A stretch of DNA of 37,104 nucleotides from Candidatus Omnitrophota bacterium (GTDB lineage: Bacteria > Omnitrophota > Gorgyraeia > Tantalellales > Tantalellaceae). Positions 27,486 through 36,928 of the stretch are shown here, one piece after another. A program made the position numbers and the translations under genes. The stretch is from the NCBI GenBank assembly GCA_043822245.1, contig JBDRBY010000030.1, forward strand, positions 1-37,104, written 5' to 3'. Positions within the stretch are counted from its first letter, which is position 1. Every line of letters begins with the position of its first letter. The notes beneath the pieces were generated by a model. It ran no database searches and had not been told where the DNA came from. It saw only the letters and a program-made list of their open reading frames with translations.

Positions 27486-29261
27486 TTATCTGAATTTTCT
27501 TAACACATGCATCGCTTTAAGCTCGCCTAACGCTTTTACGATCAAACTTCTATTCGCAGGGTTACCGTATTGGAGGAGAGCTCTTTGCATTTTTCGCTCG
27601 TCTAATGTTTTTGGTACATAAATTTTTTTACCGGTAAAAGGGTCAGTTTCAGTGTAATAAATACATGCCGCCAAAGTCATGGGGGAAGGGATAAAATCCT
27701 GTATCTGCTGGGGCCGGACTCTTCTTTTTGCCAGGTATAAAGCCAGTTTTAACGCTTCATTCAAAGTCGAACCCGGATGGGCGGAAATAAAATAGTTCAC
27801 AATAAAAATATTTTTCCCTAGTTTATGGGCAGTCTCCTTAAAAATCCGGACAAATTTTTCATATACGGAAAAACCCGGTTTATTCATAATCCGCAAAACA
27901 TTATCTGAACAATGTTCCGGGGCAATCTTCAATAAACCGCTCACATGATGCGCGCAAATTTCCTCAAGATACTTACTCGCGTATTTATCCACCATCAAAT
28001 CATACCGGAATCCACTGCCGATAAAAACATGTTTGACCTTGGGCACCTGCCTTAATTTCCGGTATAAATCAATACTATCTGTATATCCCAGCTTAAGGTT
28101 ATCGCATTTTTGAGGCACTAAACATTTTCTATTTAAACAAAATCCTATTTTATCCCACAATCGGCATCCTGCCGCGTATAAATTCGCGGTAGGGCCTCCT
28201 ATGTCAGTAATCGTACCCTTGAAATCCACCCTCAAAGACATTGCCCGCGCCTCATTCAGGATAGAATCTTTACTTCTGCTTTGGACAATCCTGCCCTGGT
28301 GAAAATATAAGGAGCAAAAAGAACATTCTCCGCAGCATCCTCTATGGGAGATAATAGAAAACCTCACGGTCTCAAGCCCTTTCACTCCCCCTAAAGCGTC
28401 AAAAACAGGGTGCCATTTATAAGTATAGGGTAGCTCATATATGTCGTCTAATTCTCTCGTGGTAAGAGGATACGCGGGAGGGAACTGAACAACAAACAAA
28501 TTCGAGTGCGGCTGAACGATAATTTTAGCATTGTGAGGATTCATCTGCTTGTACATCGCGGCAAACGCGATGCCGAACTTTTTCTTGTCCTTAGCCGTTT
28601 CTTCAAAAGAAGGAATTACCTCGCACTTGTCTTTGATTGAATCTATATTTTTACGCACAACAACCGTGCCTTGAATATCATCTAAAGTTTGAGCTGATTC
28701 GCCTTTGTCAAGCCGGCGCGCGATTTCCACAATCTGCTTTTCTCCCATTCCATATACCAAAATAGCCGCTCGAGAATCGCACAAAATCGAACGCCGCACA
28801 CAATCATCCCAATAATCATAATGGCCCAGCCGCCGCAAGCTGGCCTCAATCCCGCCCAGCACAATAGGCACGTCTTTGTACGCTTCTCGCGCGCGATTGG
28901 CATAATTAATTACCGCCCTATCAGGGCGCAGACCGGTTTTTTCTCCGGGGGAATACTCGTCAGTCTTACGCGGCCTCTTGTTGGCCGTGTAGTTCGCGAT
29001 CATAGAATCAACATTTCCAGAAGTAATCCCAAAAAATAACCGCGGTTTTCCCAACCTCTTAAATTCTTCCACATTTTGCCAGTCAGGCTGAGCGATAATG
29101 CCTACCTTAAACCCATTATGTTCAAGCACTCTGCCGATTACAGCCGCGCCGTAAGAAGGATGATCAACATAAGCGTCTCCGCTGATGAGGATGACGTCTA
29201 ATTCCTGCCACCCTCTATCTTTCATGTCCTGTTTTGAAATGGGTAAAAAAGTTTTTTTCAT
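27486..29261 (-). CDS. YgiQ-family (UPF0313) radical SAM protein
   Basis: The N-terminus (FLPISKQDMKDRGWQELDVILISGDAYVDHPSYGAAVIGRVLE) is characteristic of YgiQ. The Cys cluster is HRGCCGECSFCS. Confidence 0.88.
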   Translation of the reverse strand: MKKTFLPISKQDMKDRGWQELDVILISGDAYVDHPSYGAAVIGRVLEHNGFKVGIIAQPDWQNVEEFKRLGKPRLFFGITSGNVDSMIANYTANKRPRKTDEYSPGEKTGLRPDRAVINYANRAREAYKDVPIVLGGIEASLRRLGHYDYWDDCVRRSILCDSRAAILVYGMGEKQIVEIARRLDKGESAQTLDDIQGTVVVRKNIDSIKDKCEVIPSFEETAKDKKKFGIAFAAMYKQMNPHNAKIIVQPHSNLFVVQFPPAYPLTTRELDDIYELPYTYKWHPVFDALGGVKGLETVRFSIISHRGCCGECSFCSLYFHQGRIVQSRSKDSILNEARAMSLRVDFKGTITDIGGPTANLYAAGCRLWDKIGFCLNRKCLVPQKCDNLKLGYTDSIDLYRKLRQVPKVKHVFIGSGFRYDLMVDKYASKYLEEICAHHVSGLLKIAPEHCSDNVLRIMNKPGFSVYEKFVRIFKETAHKLGKNIFIVNYFISAHPGSTLNEALKLALYLAKRRVRPQQIQDFIPSPMTLAACIYYTETDPFTGKKIYVPKTLDERKMQRALLQYGNPANRSLIVKALGELKAMHVLRKFR

Positions 29262-29345
29262 GCGGCTTTAAATTGTTTAAACGGAAGATATCAGGCGGGG
29301 GAACACCGCCCCTGGGAAAAATATTACAAAAATCCAAATGTTACA

Positions 29346-29372
29346 TAGAGACGCGATGAATCGCGTCTCTAC
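29346..29372. repeat. REP-like palindrome (GA-loop variant); last copy in the window
   Basis: TAGAGACGCGATGAATCGCGTCTCTAC. It is flanked by two copies of a ~19-bp direct repeat GCGGGGGAACMCCGSCCCT at 29297-29316 and 29434-29453. Confidence 0.9.
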
Positions 29373-29455
29373 AATTTTCAACGGTACGTTTGACCTCATG
29401 AAATCACAAATGGTACAAATATCAATTTCGGGCGGGGGAACCCCGGCCCTGCTGT

Positions 29456-31279
29456 TTAATAATTTTTAACAATCTGGATGAAGGTGTCGGCGTATAATTC
29501 TAACTTGTTTTCGCCTACGCCGTACATACCGGCGAATTCTTCAATAGTTTTGGGTTTTCTCGAGGCTATGTCTCTCAAGGTTTTATCACTGAATATTATG
29601 TATGCCGGAACCCGTTTTTCCCGCGCGAGAAACGCGCGTTTTTCGCGAAGTTCCTGAAACAATCCCTGGTCGATATCCTCCCACTCTATCTCTTTTCTTT
29701 TTTTTGCTTTTTTCGCGCTTTCTTTATTTTTTGCCGCAAGTACCGGCTTAGCCAATACCGGCATCGTTTCTCCGGCCAATAAATTTTCTCCGGCATCCGT
29801 CACTGAAAGCGTCGAATATTCTCCTTCTTTAAACAAAAAACCCTGCCCGACCAACTGCTCTATCATATGCCGGATAAACACATCGGATTCATCGCTCATT
29901 ATGCCGAAAACCGACAGAGTGTTATGCCCCGTCTTCTCTATTTTTTCCGTCAGGCGCCCTTTCAGCACATTAATCACATGCCCTGCACCAAAACCGTAAT
30001 TTTTACCGCGTACTCTTAAAACACATGATAATATCTTCTGCCCGATAATAAGCGCTTCACTCACCATATCAAGTTCGTTTAAACAATAATCACAGGCCCC
30101 ACAGGAACTTTTTTCATGAGCTTGCCCGAAATAATTGACAAGCACCTTGTGCCGGCATTGGGGGCGCGTGCAAAAATTATACATCGCGTTTAACTTTTCT
30201 ATAATGGTTCCCCTGTCGGAAGATTCTTCCGCGAAAAAATTCCATAACCTGTAATCGCCTCCGCCGTAAAACATATAACAAAAAGCGTCAAGGGCGTCCC
30301 TGCCGGCGCGGCCGGTTTCCTGCTGATAGTGTTCAAGACTCTTGGGCATGCCCGCGTGAATAATAAACCGGATATTTGAACGGTCGATACCCATGCCAAA
30401 CGCTATTGTCGCGACAATAATGTCGACTTCTTCACGGGAAAACATCTCCTGCGACATGCGGCGCTCCTCATCCGGCATACCGGCATGGTACCGGACATTG
30501 TTAATGCCTAAATTTTTTAAATTTTCCGAAAGCGCGTCAACATCTTTGCGTCGCAGGCAGTAAATAATCCCCGCCTCCTTGTAATGTTTCTCTAAAACTT
30601 GTGTTATTTGTTTTAAAACCTGTCCGCGCGGGAACACGCGATAAGTTAGATTCGGCCGGTCAACTTTGCCAATGTGCGTTTTATAATCGGAAAATTTCAA
30701 TTGCTTCACAATATCTTTCTGTACCTTACACGTGGCCGTAGCGGTAAACGCGTGCACGCTCGCCGTCTTAAACACTTCTTTAATCATCCAAAGATTCCGG
30801 TAACTTGCTCTAAAATCATGCCCCCAATGGCTGATACAATGCGCTTCATCAACCGCAAAAAAAGAAAGTTTGACGTAATTTAACAAATCTATTGTTTCTT
30901 CGTTTTGCAAGCGTTCCGGAGATATATATAAAAGTTTTATTTTGCCGCGCCGGATTTCGTCTATTACCAAATTTTGCTGCCCGTAAGTTAAGCTTGAATT
31001 TAAAAAATCAGCTTGTATCCCCATATCCTTAAGCGTATCCACCTGATCTTTCATTAAAGATATAAGCGGTGAAACTACGACAGCCATGCCTTCCCTCAAT
31101 AAAGCCGGAAGCTGAAAACATAACGATTTTCCTCCCCCGGTGGGAAGAACCGTTAAACTGTCCTCATCCATCAAAATAGAAGAAATCGCTTCCTCCTGTA
31201 AGGGCAGGAATGAATCATACCCCCAATACCGTTTAAGCGCCGCGAAAATTTCTTCTTTTTTTGTAGTATCTACAATCAT
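29456..31279 (-). CDS. recQ: ATP-dependent DNA helicase RecQ
   Basis: It has ALKRYWGYDSFLPLQEEAI, the motif I sequence PTGGGKSLCFQLPAL, a DEAH box (VDEAHCISHWGHDFR), an RQC Zn-binding Cys cluster and a C-terminal HRDC-like region. Confidence 0.92.
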   Translation of the reverse strand: MIVDTTKKEEIFAALKRYWGYDSFLPLQEEAISSILMDEDSLTVLPTGGGKSLCFQLPALLREGMAVVVSPLISLMKDQVDTLKDMGIQADFLNSSLTYGQQNLVIDEIRRGKIKLLYISPERLQNEETIDLLNYVKLSFFAVDEAHCISHWGHDFRASYRNLWMIKEVFKTASVHAFTATATCKVQKDIVKQLKFSDYKTHIGKVDRPNLTYRVFPRGQVLKQITQVLEKHYKEAGIIYCLRRKDVDALSENLKNLGINNVRYHAGMPDEERRMSQEMFSREEVDIIVATIAFGMGIDRSNIRFIIHAGMPKSLEHYQQETGRAGRDALDAFCYMFYGGGDYRLWNFFAEESSDRGTIIEKLNAMYNFCTRPQCRHKVLVNYFGQAHEKSSCGACDYCLNELDMVSEALIIGQKILSCVLRVRGKNYGFGAGHVINVLKGRLTEKIEKTGHNTLSVFGIMSDESDVFIRHMIEQLVGQGFLFKEGEYSTLSVTDAGENLLAGETMPVLAKPVLAAKNKESAKKAKKRKEIEWEDIDQGLFQELREKRAFLAREKRVPAYIIFSDKTLRDIASRKPKTIEEFAGMYGVGENKLELYADTFIQIVKNY

Positions 31280-31355
31280 TTGTTATTCTCTATTGTTCAA
31301 CATATCTTAACGGACAGGCCTTAGGCCTGTCCCTACACAGAATGATGGAATACGG

Positions 31356-32672
31356 TTAATGCTGAAGGACAAAATATCTCACCCAAATATAAATCAAAGA
31401 AATTACCAGAGACTGCAGCATAAAGGGAAACCCATACTTAAAAAAACGGCCGAAGGTTATGGGGCACTTATTCCGAACGCTGATCTTGGCGGCAATAACA
31501 TTGGCCGACGCGCCTATCATTGTGCCGTTTCCTCCTAAACAGGCGCCTAACGCTAACGACCACCACAACGGCTGTGCTACCAAGTTATGTACTAAGGCAG
31601 GTTCACCTATCCCCTGTATCACGGCTATTTTTAACACCAATGTTTTAATCATCGGAACCATTGTTATCACAAAAGGGATATTATCCATTATCGACGAGAA
31701 TAACGCGCTACCGCACAGTATAAGAGCGCAAAGTAAAAAGAAATTATTTCCCGCCAGTTTGATTAACCCGCCTGCGGCAAATTCAATTACACCATTATAT
31801 TCGAGAGCGGCTATAAGCATGAATAACCCGATGAAGAAAAAAATAACATCCCATTCGATTTTTTTAAAAATTTTATCCACTTCCGCCCTGCAGAAAAGCA
31901 TCATAACCGCGCCGCCGCATAAAGCTATTATTCCCGGCTTTAAATTTGTCAGCGTATGAGTAAAAAACCCGATAAATACGACCCCGAGAACTGCCAAAGC
32001 CCTAATCATGTTGGCTTTATTGACTATCGCTAACCTGGGGATAGCCTCAATAACCCTCATTTTAATCGTATCATCAATTTTCCATCGTTTTCGAAACAAA
32101 AAATACACGGTTAAGGAAAAAACGGAAAATATAATCACTATGACGGGGCCAAGATGCACGAGAAAATCATTGAAAGATAATCCCGCCTGAGAGCCGATTA
32201 TTATATTGGGAGGGTCTCCTATTAAAGTAGCGGTGCCTCCGATATTTGAAGCCACCGCTTCAAGTATCAAAAATGGAATCGCGGATATTTCAAGCAACTG
32301 CGCGATAAGAATTGTTACCGGCGCAAGCAACAAAATAGTGGTGACATTATCAAGGAAAGCGGAAAAAAAAGTTGTAACTACTAAAAAAAGCAGCAGTATC
32401 CTAAGAGGTTCTCCCTTTGAAGCTTTTGCCACCGTCACAGCCATCCACTCGAAAAATCCGGTCTTGGCAAGCAATGAAACGCAAATCATCATGCCGACAA
32501 GCAGAAATATCACGTTCAAATCTATGGCCTTTACCGCGGTTTCAAAAGGGACTAACCCCAATATAAACATCAGGGATACTCCCAGAATAACGCTTATCGT
32601 CTTATCTACTTTCTCACTACTGATAAGGATATAGGTACCTATAAAAACCGCTACGGAAATCCACATTTGCAT
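31356..32672 (-). CDS. ArsB/NhaD (SLC13-type) permease-superfamily transporter
   Basis: 438 aa, polytopic. Its motifs (FFSAFLDNVTTILLLAPV, GGTATLIGDPPNIIIG) are typical of the ArsB/NhaD/YbiR anion-permease fold. Confidence 0.72.
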   Translation of the reverse strand: MQMWISVAVFIGTYILISSEKVDKTISVILGVSLMFILGLVPFETAVKAIDLNVIFLLVGMMICVSLLAKTGFFEWMAVTVAKASKGEPLRILLLFLVVTTFFSAFLDNVTTILLLAPVTILIAQLLEISAIPFLILEAVASNIGGTATLIGDPPNIIIGSQAGLSFNDFLVHLGPVIVIIFSVFSLTVYFLFRKRWKIDDTIKMRVIEAIPRLAIVNKANMIRALAVLGVVFIGFFTHTLTNLKPGIIALCGGAVMMLFCRAEVDKIFKKIEWDVIFFFIGLFMLIAALEYNGVIEFAAGGLIKLAGNNFFLLCALILCGSALFSSIMDNIPFVITMVPMIKTLVLKIAVIQGIGEPALVHNLVAQPLWWSLALGACLGGNGTMIGASANVIAAKISVRNKCPITFGRFFKYGFPFMLQSLVISLIYIWVRYFVLQH

Positions 32673-32685
32673 AGTAAGCCCTTTT

Positions 32686-33606
32686 TTAAAAAAACAATAC
32701 TTTATCTATCAACGAAAACCGGTCAATTTCTCCGATTAAATGGCCGCCGTTAACAACAAATAATTTCTGGTGATTTTTAACCGCGATCCGGAAAACAATT
32801 TCAGCCAGGGTTGTGTCACTCGCGATTGGAACTTCTTGGTAACAAAAGATATCTTTTACCGTTAACGCTCTCCGAAATTTGAAATATTTTTCAAAAGGGT
32901 CAAAATAACGCACGAAAGATATTGTATGCAGCTGCTTAAAGAAATCGGGCAGGCCGTAATTAAATATCTGGAAACAAGTCACTACCCCGCAAAATACGTT
33001 ATTTTCATCAACAACCGGCAATACATCAAGGCCGTTTAAATGCATAATCCTGGCAACCTTTTCTATCGGCATGATTAACTTCACGGACTTTTTAACCGGG
33101 CGCATTATATCCTGCGCCAGAATAGTCTTCGCGCTCCCTGATTGGTATTTTACCAGTTCCTGAACGATAGCCTTTGGATCTTGATTTTTGAAGAAATATT
33201 TCGCTTGTTCATTTTGCTTCAAAGCCCTGACAATGGCGGCCATCGTTTGTAAAACAATATACGGCTCATCGGAAGATGAAATCATTAAACAAACAAAACG
33301 CACAGGCACGGCGTCGATACTGCCAAAATCAATCCCATTTTCAAGGATCCCGATCACTACGGAAAATTTTGTCCACCCTTCAATCCTGGCATGAGGGAAA
33401 GCTACCCCTTCTCCAACTCCCGTAGTCTGCAATTTTTCGCGGTTCAAAACCTCTTGCACCGCCGCGTCAACAGACAAAGCCCCAAACGCTTTAGAATCGA
33501 CCTTATGCAACCTTTCGATCAGTGTTTTTATAACATCCTTTTTCGACTCAGCGGCAATGCCGACAACAACTAATTCCGGGTTAACATATTTGTCTAACTG
33601 GTACAT
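32686..33606 (-). CDS. PTS EIIA type-2 (PtsN-like) domain followed by a tandem CBS pair
   Basis: It has the EIIA-2 signature GVAFPHARIEG and two CBS motifs (ILAQDIMRPV...LDVLPVVDENNVFCGVVT and LTVKDIF...KLFVVNGGHLIGEI). Confidence 0.8.
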   Translation of the reverse strand: MYQLDKYVNPELVVVGIAAESKKDVIKTLIERLHKVDSKAFGALSVDAAVQEVLNREKLQTTGVGEGVAFPHARIEGWTKFSVVIGILENGIDFGSIDAVPVRFVCLMISSSDEPYIVLQTMAAIVRALKQNEQAKYFFKNQDPKAIVQELVKYQSGSAKTILAQDIMRPVKKSVKLIMPIEKVARIMHLNGLDVLPVVDENNVFCGVVTCFQIFNYGLPDFFKQLHTISFVRYFDPFEKYFKFRRALTVKDIFCYQEVPIASDTTLAEIVFRIAVKNHQKLFVVNGGHLIGEIDRFSLIDKVLFF

Positions 33607-33805
33607 ACTTACCCTTCTTTTACTATGCCCTATGCCCCGATAAAAGCCGATTATTGTTTATCTAAACTTCACCAGAACAAACTTCATTAATTGTACTACA
33701 AGCGTTGTAGCTGGCACAACGCTTATTCTAGACCACTCCACTCACTTCGTTCGGTCGGGATGACAATCGGAAAGTGCCCAAAATATATTACACTAGCTAT
33801 GATAA

Positions 33806-33846
33806 CATAGTGTCGAGAATATGGGCACTTTTACCTGATGTCATTT
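33806..33846. promoter_or_regulatory. Conserved 40-bp element (GTGTC-N10-GCAC inverted-repeat variant), copy 2
   Basis: ACATAGTGTCGAGAATATGGGCACTTTTACCTGATGTCAT. It lies ~200 bp upstream of the EIIA-CBS gene start and 37 bp after the metal-ABC permease stop. Confidence 0.45.
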
Positions 33847-33882
33847 CCGCACATTTCCAATCCGGCAGGACTATTACTTCTT

Positions 33883-34728
33883 TTACGCCTTATTTGGTAA
33901 AAATCGTGCGCTAAAAGTTACAAGCACGTACACAAACGCGCACAATAGCACAATTGTCGCTCCGGACGCGGTATTCCAATAGTATGAAGCGATAAGGCCG
34001 CTTGCCCCGCAGACAAGGCTGATGCCAATGCTGTAAAAAGTGTACCTGGAAGTGTCGCGCGCAATCAGGCGGGAAGTCGCCGCGGGAAGGATCAAAAGAG
34101 AATTAATAATTAAAATTCCAACTAACCGTATGGAAATCGCGACAATTACCGCCAACACAATCACAAAGCTCGTCTCAACCCAAAATACCTTCACCCCCCG
34201 GCTGCGCGCGAGGCTCGGGTTAACACTCACCAACAAAAGGCTATTGCCAAATACACACCAGTATCCTGTCACCAGCAAGAATGCCATTATCAACAATTTA
34301 ATCTCTCTTCCGGAAATAGCCAAAATATCGCCTATGAGATACGTCGTGTATTTACTAAATCCGCCATTTCTGCTTAGAATGACAACCCCCCCCGCGACCA
34401 CCATAGCAAAAAACACACCCAAAGTTGTATCCGGCGAGGATTTGGTAACTCTTTTGAAATAATTAACCGCGACGGCAAGTATAATTGTGAAGATTAGGAG
34501 CGCCCAAAAAGGATCCCCCACGCCAAGCATAACACCCAGCGCTATGCCGGTTAACGCGGAATGCCCCAGCACATCGGAGAAAAAAGCCATACGGTTGTTG
34601 ACTACCATTGTGCCCAAAAGCGCGAATAGCGGGGTGATGAAGATAACCGCCAAAAGAGCGTTCTTCATAAAATCATACTGCATCCAACTAAAATGACAGC
34701 ATACTATCGGGCTGCAAAATTCATTCAT
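33883..34728 (-). CDS. Metal (Zn/Mn) ABC transporter permease, ZnuB/TroCD family
   Basis: Polytopic, with ABC-3 family motifs. The start was reassigned to ATG 34728 (MNEFCS...), which overlaps the upstream ATPase stop by 8 nt (AATAATGAATGA). Confidence 0.82.
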   Translation of the reverse strand: MNEFCSPIVCCHFSWMQYDFMKNALLAVIFITPLFALLGTMVVNNRMAFFSDVLGHSALTGIALGVMLGVGDPFWALLIFTIILAVAVNYFKRVTKSSPDTTLGVFFAMVVAGGVVILSRNGGFSKYTTYLIGDILAISGREIKLLIMAFLLVTGYWCVFGNSLLLVSVNPSLARSRGVKVFWVETSFVIVLAVIVAISIRLVGILIINSLLILPAATSRLIARDTSRYTFYSIGISLVCGASGLIASYYWNTASGATIVLLCAFVYVLVTFSARFLPNKA

Positions 34729-35494
34729 TATTTTTCGCTCCCGTAAAAATCGACAAACGGGCCACATTTAATAAATCCAACTGAAACGCCTCAACCAGTT
34801 TCCTGTCTGAGAGAATCTCGCGAGGCGATCCTTCCGCGAGAACTGAACGATTAAGGAGAATCATTCTATCGGCATAAGGAGCGATTCCCGCCAAATCATG
34901 AGTCACCATAATGATAGAAATATCGTACTCTTTTTTAAGCCTCGTTACGATCTCGTAAAATAAAGAGAGCCCCTTCGCGTCAACTGCCGAAACCGGCTCA
35001 TCAAGCAAAAGTAAATCCGGCGTTGGTATCATCGCCAGCGCCAGAAGCACGCGCTGTAACTCACCACCCGACAACGATCCGACGGCACGATCTATAAGGC
35101 GCGCCACGGAAAACTGCCGAAGGGCGGCTTGTATTCTTTTTCTAAGGCCCGCTCCCACCCCGCACCATACAGGCGAGCGGGTTAAGGACGCGGCTATTAA
35201 ATCTTGAACACTTACAGGAGCGCCATAGTCAAAATTAAGTTTTTGCGGGACGTAGCCTATTTTAGGATTCTGATTCTTCTGACCTTTTATCTGAAACTGA
35301 ATACTTCCCGAATAAACGGTATCACCCAAGATCGCTTTAAGCAAAGTGGTTTTTCCCGCCCCGTTGGGCCCTACAATCGATAGGATTTCTTTGCAGTCCG
35401 TGTGCAGATGGACATTTTCAAGTATCCGATTGCCGTCAATCGACACGTTTAAATTTTCGATTTTCACACAACAATGTCCGCAGGATTGGTTCAT
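34721..35494 (-). CDS. Metal ABC transporter ATP-binding protein (ZnuC-like)
   Basis: It has a Walker A motif GPNGAGKTT, a signature sequence LSGGELQRVLLA and a Walker B motif LLLDEP. Confidence 0.85.
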   Translation of the reverse strand: MNQSCGHCCVKIENLNVSIDGNRILENVHLHTDCKEILSIVGPNGAGKTTLLKAILGDTVYSGSIQFQIKGQKNQNPKIGYVPQKLNFDYGAPVSVQDLIAASLTRSPVWCGVGAGLRKRIQAALRQFSVARLIDRAVGSLSGGELQRVLLALAMIPTPDLLLLDEPVSAVDAKGLSLFYEIVTRLKKEYDISIIMVTHDLAGIAPYADRMILLNRSVLAEGSPREILSDRKLVEAFQLDLLNVARLSIFTGAKNNE

Positions 35495-35495
35495 A

Positions 35496-36371
35496 TTAAT
35501 TCTTCAACGCCCCTTTAAGTGTTTCTAAGTTCATTTCCATGATCTTGATATACGCGTCCGGTTGTTCCGGGCCGGTTACCGCGGGATCCAAGATATAAAC
35601 TTTCGCGCCGGTCTCTTCAGCAATACTCTTCGCGACTATCACGGGGTATTGCGGCTCCGCGAATAAGGCCTTGATACCCGCTTCGCGGACTAAATCTATT
35701 GTTTTAGCGAGTTCCCGCGCACTGGGCTCACTGCCAGGCTCTCTTTCCACAACCGCGGCAATCTCTAATCCGAATTCTCGCGCGAAATAAGGAAACGCCT
35801 CGTGAAACGTCACTATCTTCCGGCCTCTATACCGATCCAAGGCAATATGCATCCTTTGGCGCAAAAACTCTAACCTAGAAACGTATTCATCCGTATTCTT
35901 TTGGTACGCGTCGCCGCGCGAGGGGTCAAACGCCCGCAAGGCGTTACAAAGATTTTTTACCTGCGTGATCGCGTTAGAAATGCTTACCCATACGTGAGGA
36001 TTATCACCGTCTTCCTCTCCGCCTTTTATTAAGGGAATCCCTTCTGATAATTTAGCTATTTTTAATTCGGGATACCGCGCTGTTACCCTCTCCAAAAAAG
36101 ACTCCATCCCCGCGCCGTTCACGACAAGGATATCCGCGTCAACAATTTTCTTCATATCATTGACCGTTAACGCGTAATCATGCAAACAGCCGGTTGAAGG
36201 CGAAGTTAGATTCATCACGGTAACGCCCGGCACATCCCTCGCGACATTTAAAGCCATAATGTACATCGGATAAAATGACGCGAGTATCTTCGTCCGGCCT
36301 TCACACCACCCACAATTCAGCGGCAGAACTACAAATAACGTTACTAGAAAACAACGCCTAATCATTTTCAT
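35496..36371 (-). CDS. Metal ABC transporter substrate-binding protein (ZnuA/TroA family)
   Basis: It has a signal peptide MKMIRRCFLVTLFVVLPLNCGWC, a TroA-like fold pattern, and an acidic loop with His (GGEEDGDNPHVW). Confidence 0.8.
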   Translation of the reverse strand: MKMIRRCFLVTLFVVLPLNCGWCEGRTKILASFYPMYIMALNVARDVPGVTVMNLTSPSTGCLHDYALTVNDMKKIVDADILVVNGAGMESFLERVTARYPELKIAKLSEGIPLIKGGEEDGDNPHVWVSISNAITQVKNLCNALRAFDPSRGDAYQKNTDEYVSRLEFLRQRMHIALDRYRGRKIVTFHEAFPYFAREFGLEIAAVVEREPGSEPSARELAKTIDLVREAGIKALFAEPQYPVIVAKSIAEETGAKVYILDPAVTGPEQPDAYIKIMEMNLETLKGALKN

Positions 36372-36412
36372 AACACCGCACCCCCAGCAAGTCCTGTTCG
36401 TTTAACTATCAC

Positions 36413-36928
36413 CTATTTTATTACTTTAGTCAACATCTGCGCGATTAAACCCGCGACAGGCGGGAAAATAAGCACACTCATCATTCGTATAACCGTAAAC
36501 CTCCACCCCATGATCCCTACTTCCAAAGGCACCCGGTTTAATGCCCAGAGCGACCACCCCGTTAAAAACGCGACCATGGTTCCCAGACTGGCTCCTGAAC
36601 GTAAAAGAGCCGCGGCTATCGGCAAACAAACAAAAGGCCCGCCCGGAGCAAACGCGCCTGCCGCCGTGCCAATAAGGACTCCTCGCGCGCCGGATTCCGT
36701 GCCTAACATCTTCGCCAAAAATTCCTGCGGAATAAGCACTCGAACCATTCCCGAAACAACAAATGAAAAGAATAACAACGGCAGTATTTCTACCGCCATC
36801 TTAAAGCCCAATTTTATGCCCTCCATATGCTGGCCTTTAGAATAGCCTATAGAAACCAGAACCAAAGCAAGCATCCCCATTATTATCGTCGGTATCAACA
36901 TATTTAAATTTCTCCCATTTTTGTCCAC
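36413..36928 (-). CDS. Predicted permease, DUF318/YraQ-like small membrane protein
   Basis: 171 aa with ~5 TM helices and Gly/Ala-rich helices (IGTAAGAFAPGGPFVCLPIAAALLRSGA). It is co-oriented upstream of the metal ABC operon. Confidence 0.6.
   Translation of the reverse strand: MDKNGRNLNMLIPTIIMGMLALVLVSIGYSKGQHMEGIKLGFKMAVEILPLLFFSFVVSGMVRVLIPQEFLAKMLGTESGARGVLIGTAAGAFAPGGPFVCLPIAAALLRSGASLGTMVAFLTGWSLWALNRVPLEVGIMGWRFTVIRMMSVLIFPPVAGLIAQMLTKVIK

Noticed and set aside
33725-33750. Sigma-54-like motif CTGGCAC-N5-TTAT inside the hairpin AAGCGTTGT-AGCTGGC-ACAACGCTT
   Set aside because: The -12 GC dinucleotide is absent (AT instead). The motif is on the plus strand with no downstream plus-strand gene, and the sequence is better explained as a simple 9-bp-stem hairpin.
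36426-36845. Internal ORFs 36426-36629 (-) and 36510-36845 (+) within the DUF318 permease gene
   Set aside because: They are alternative-frame or antisense ORFs inside a longer ORF with coherent membrane topology. GC-rich coding DNA commonly produces such shadows.
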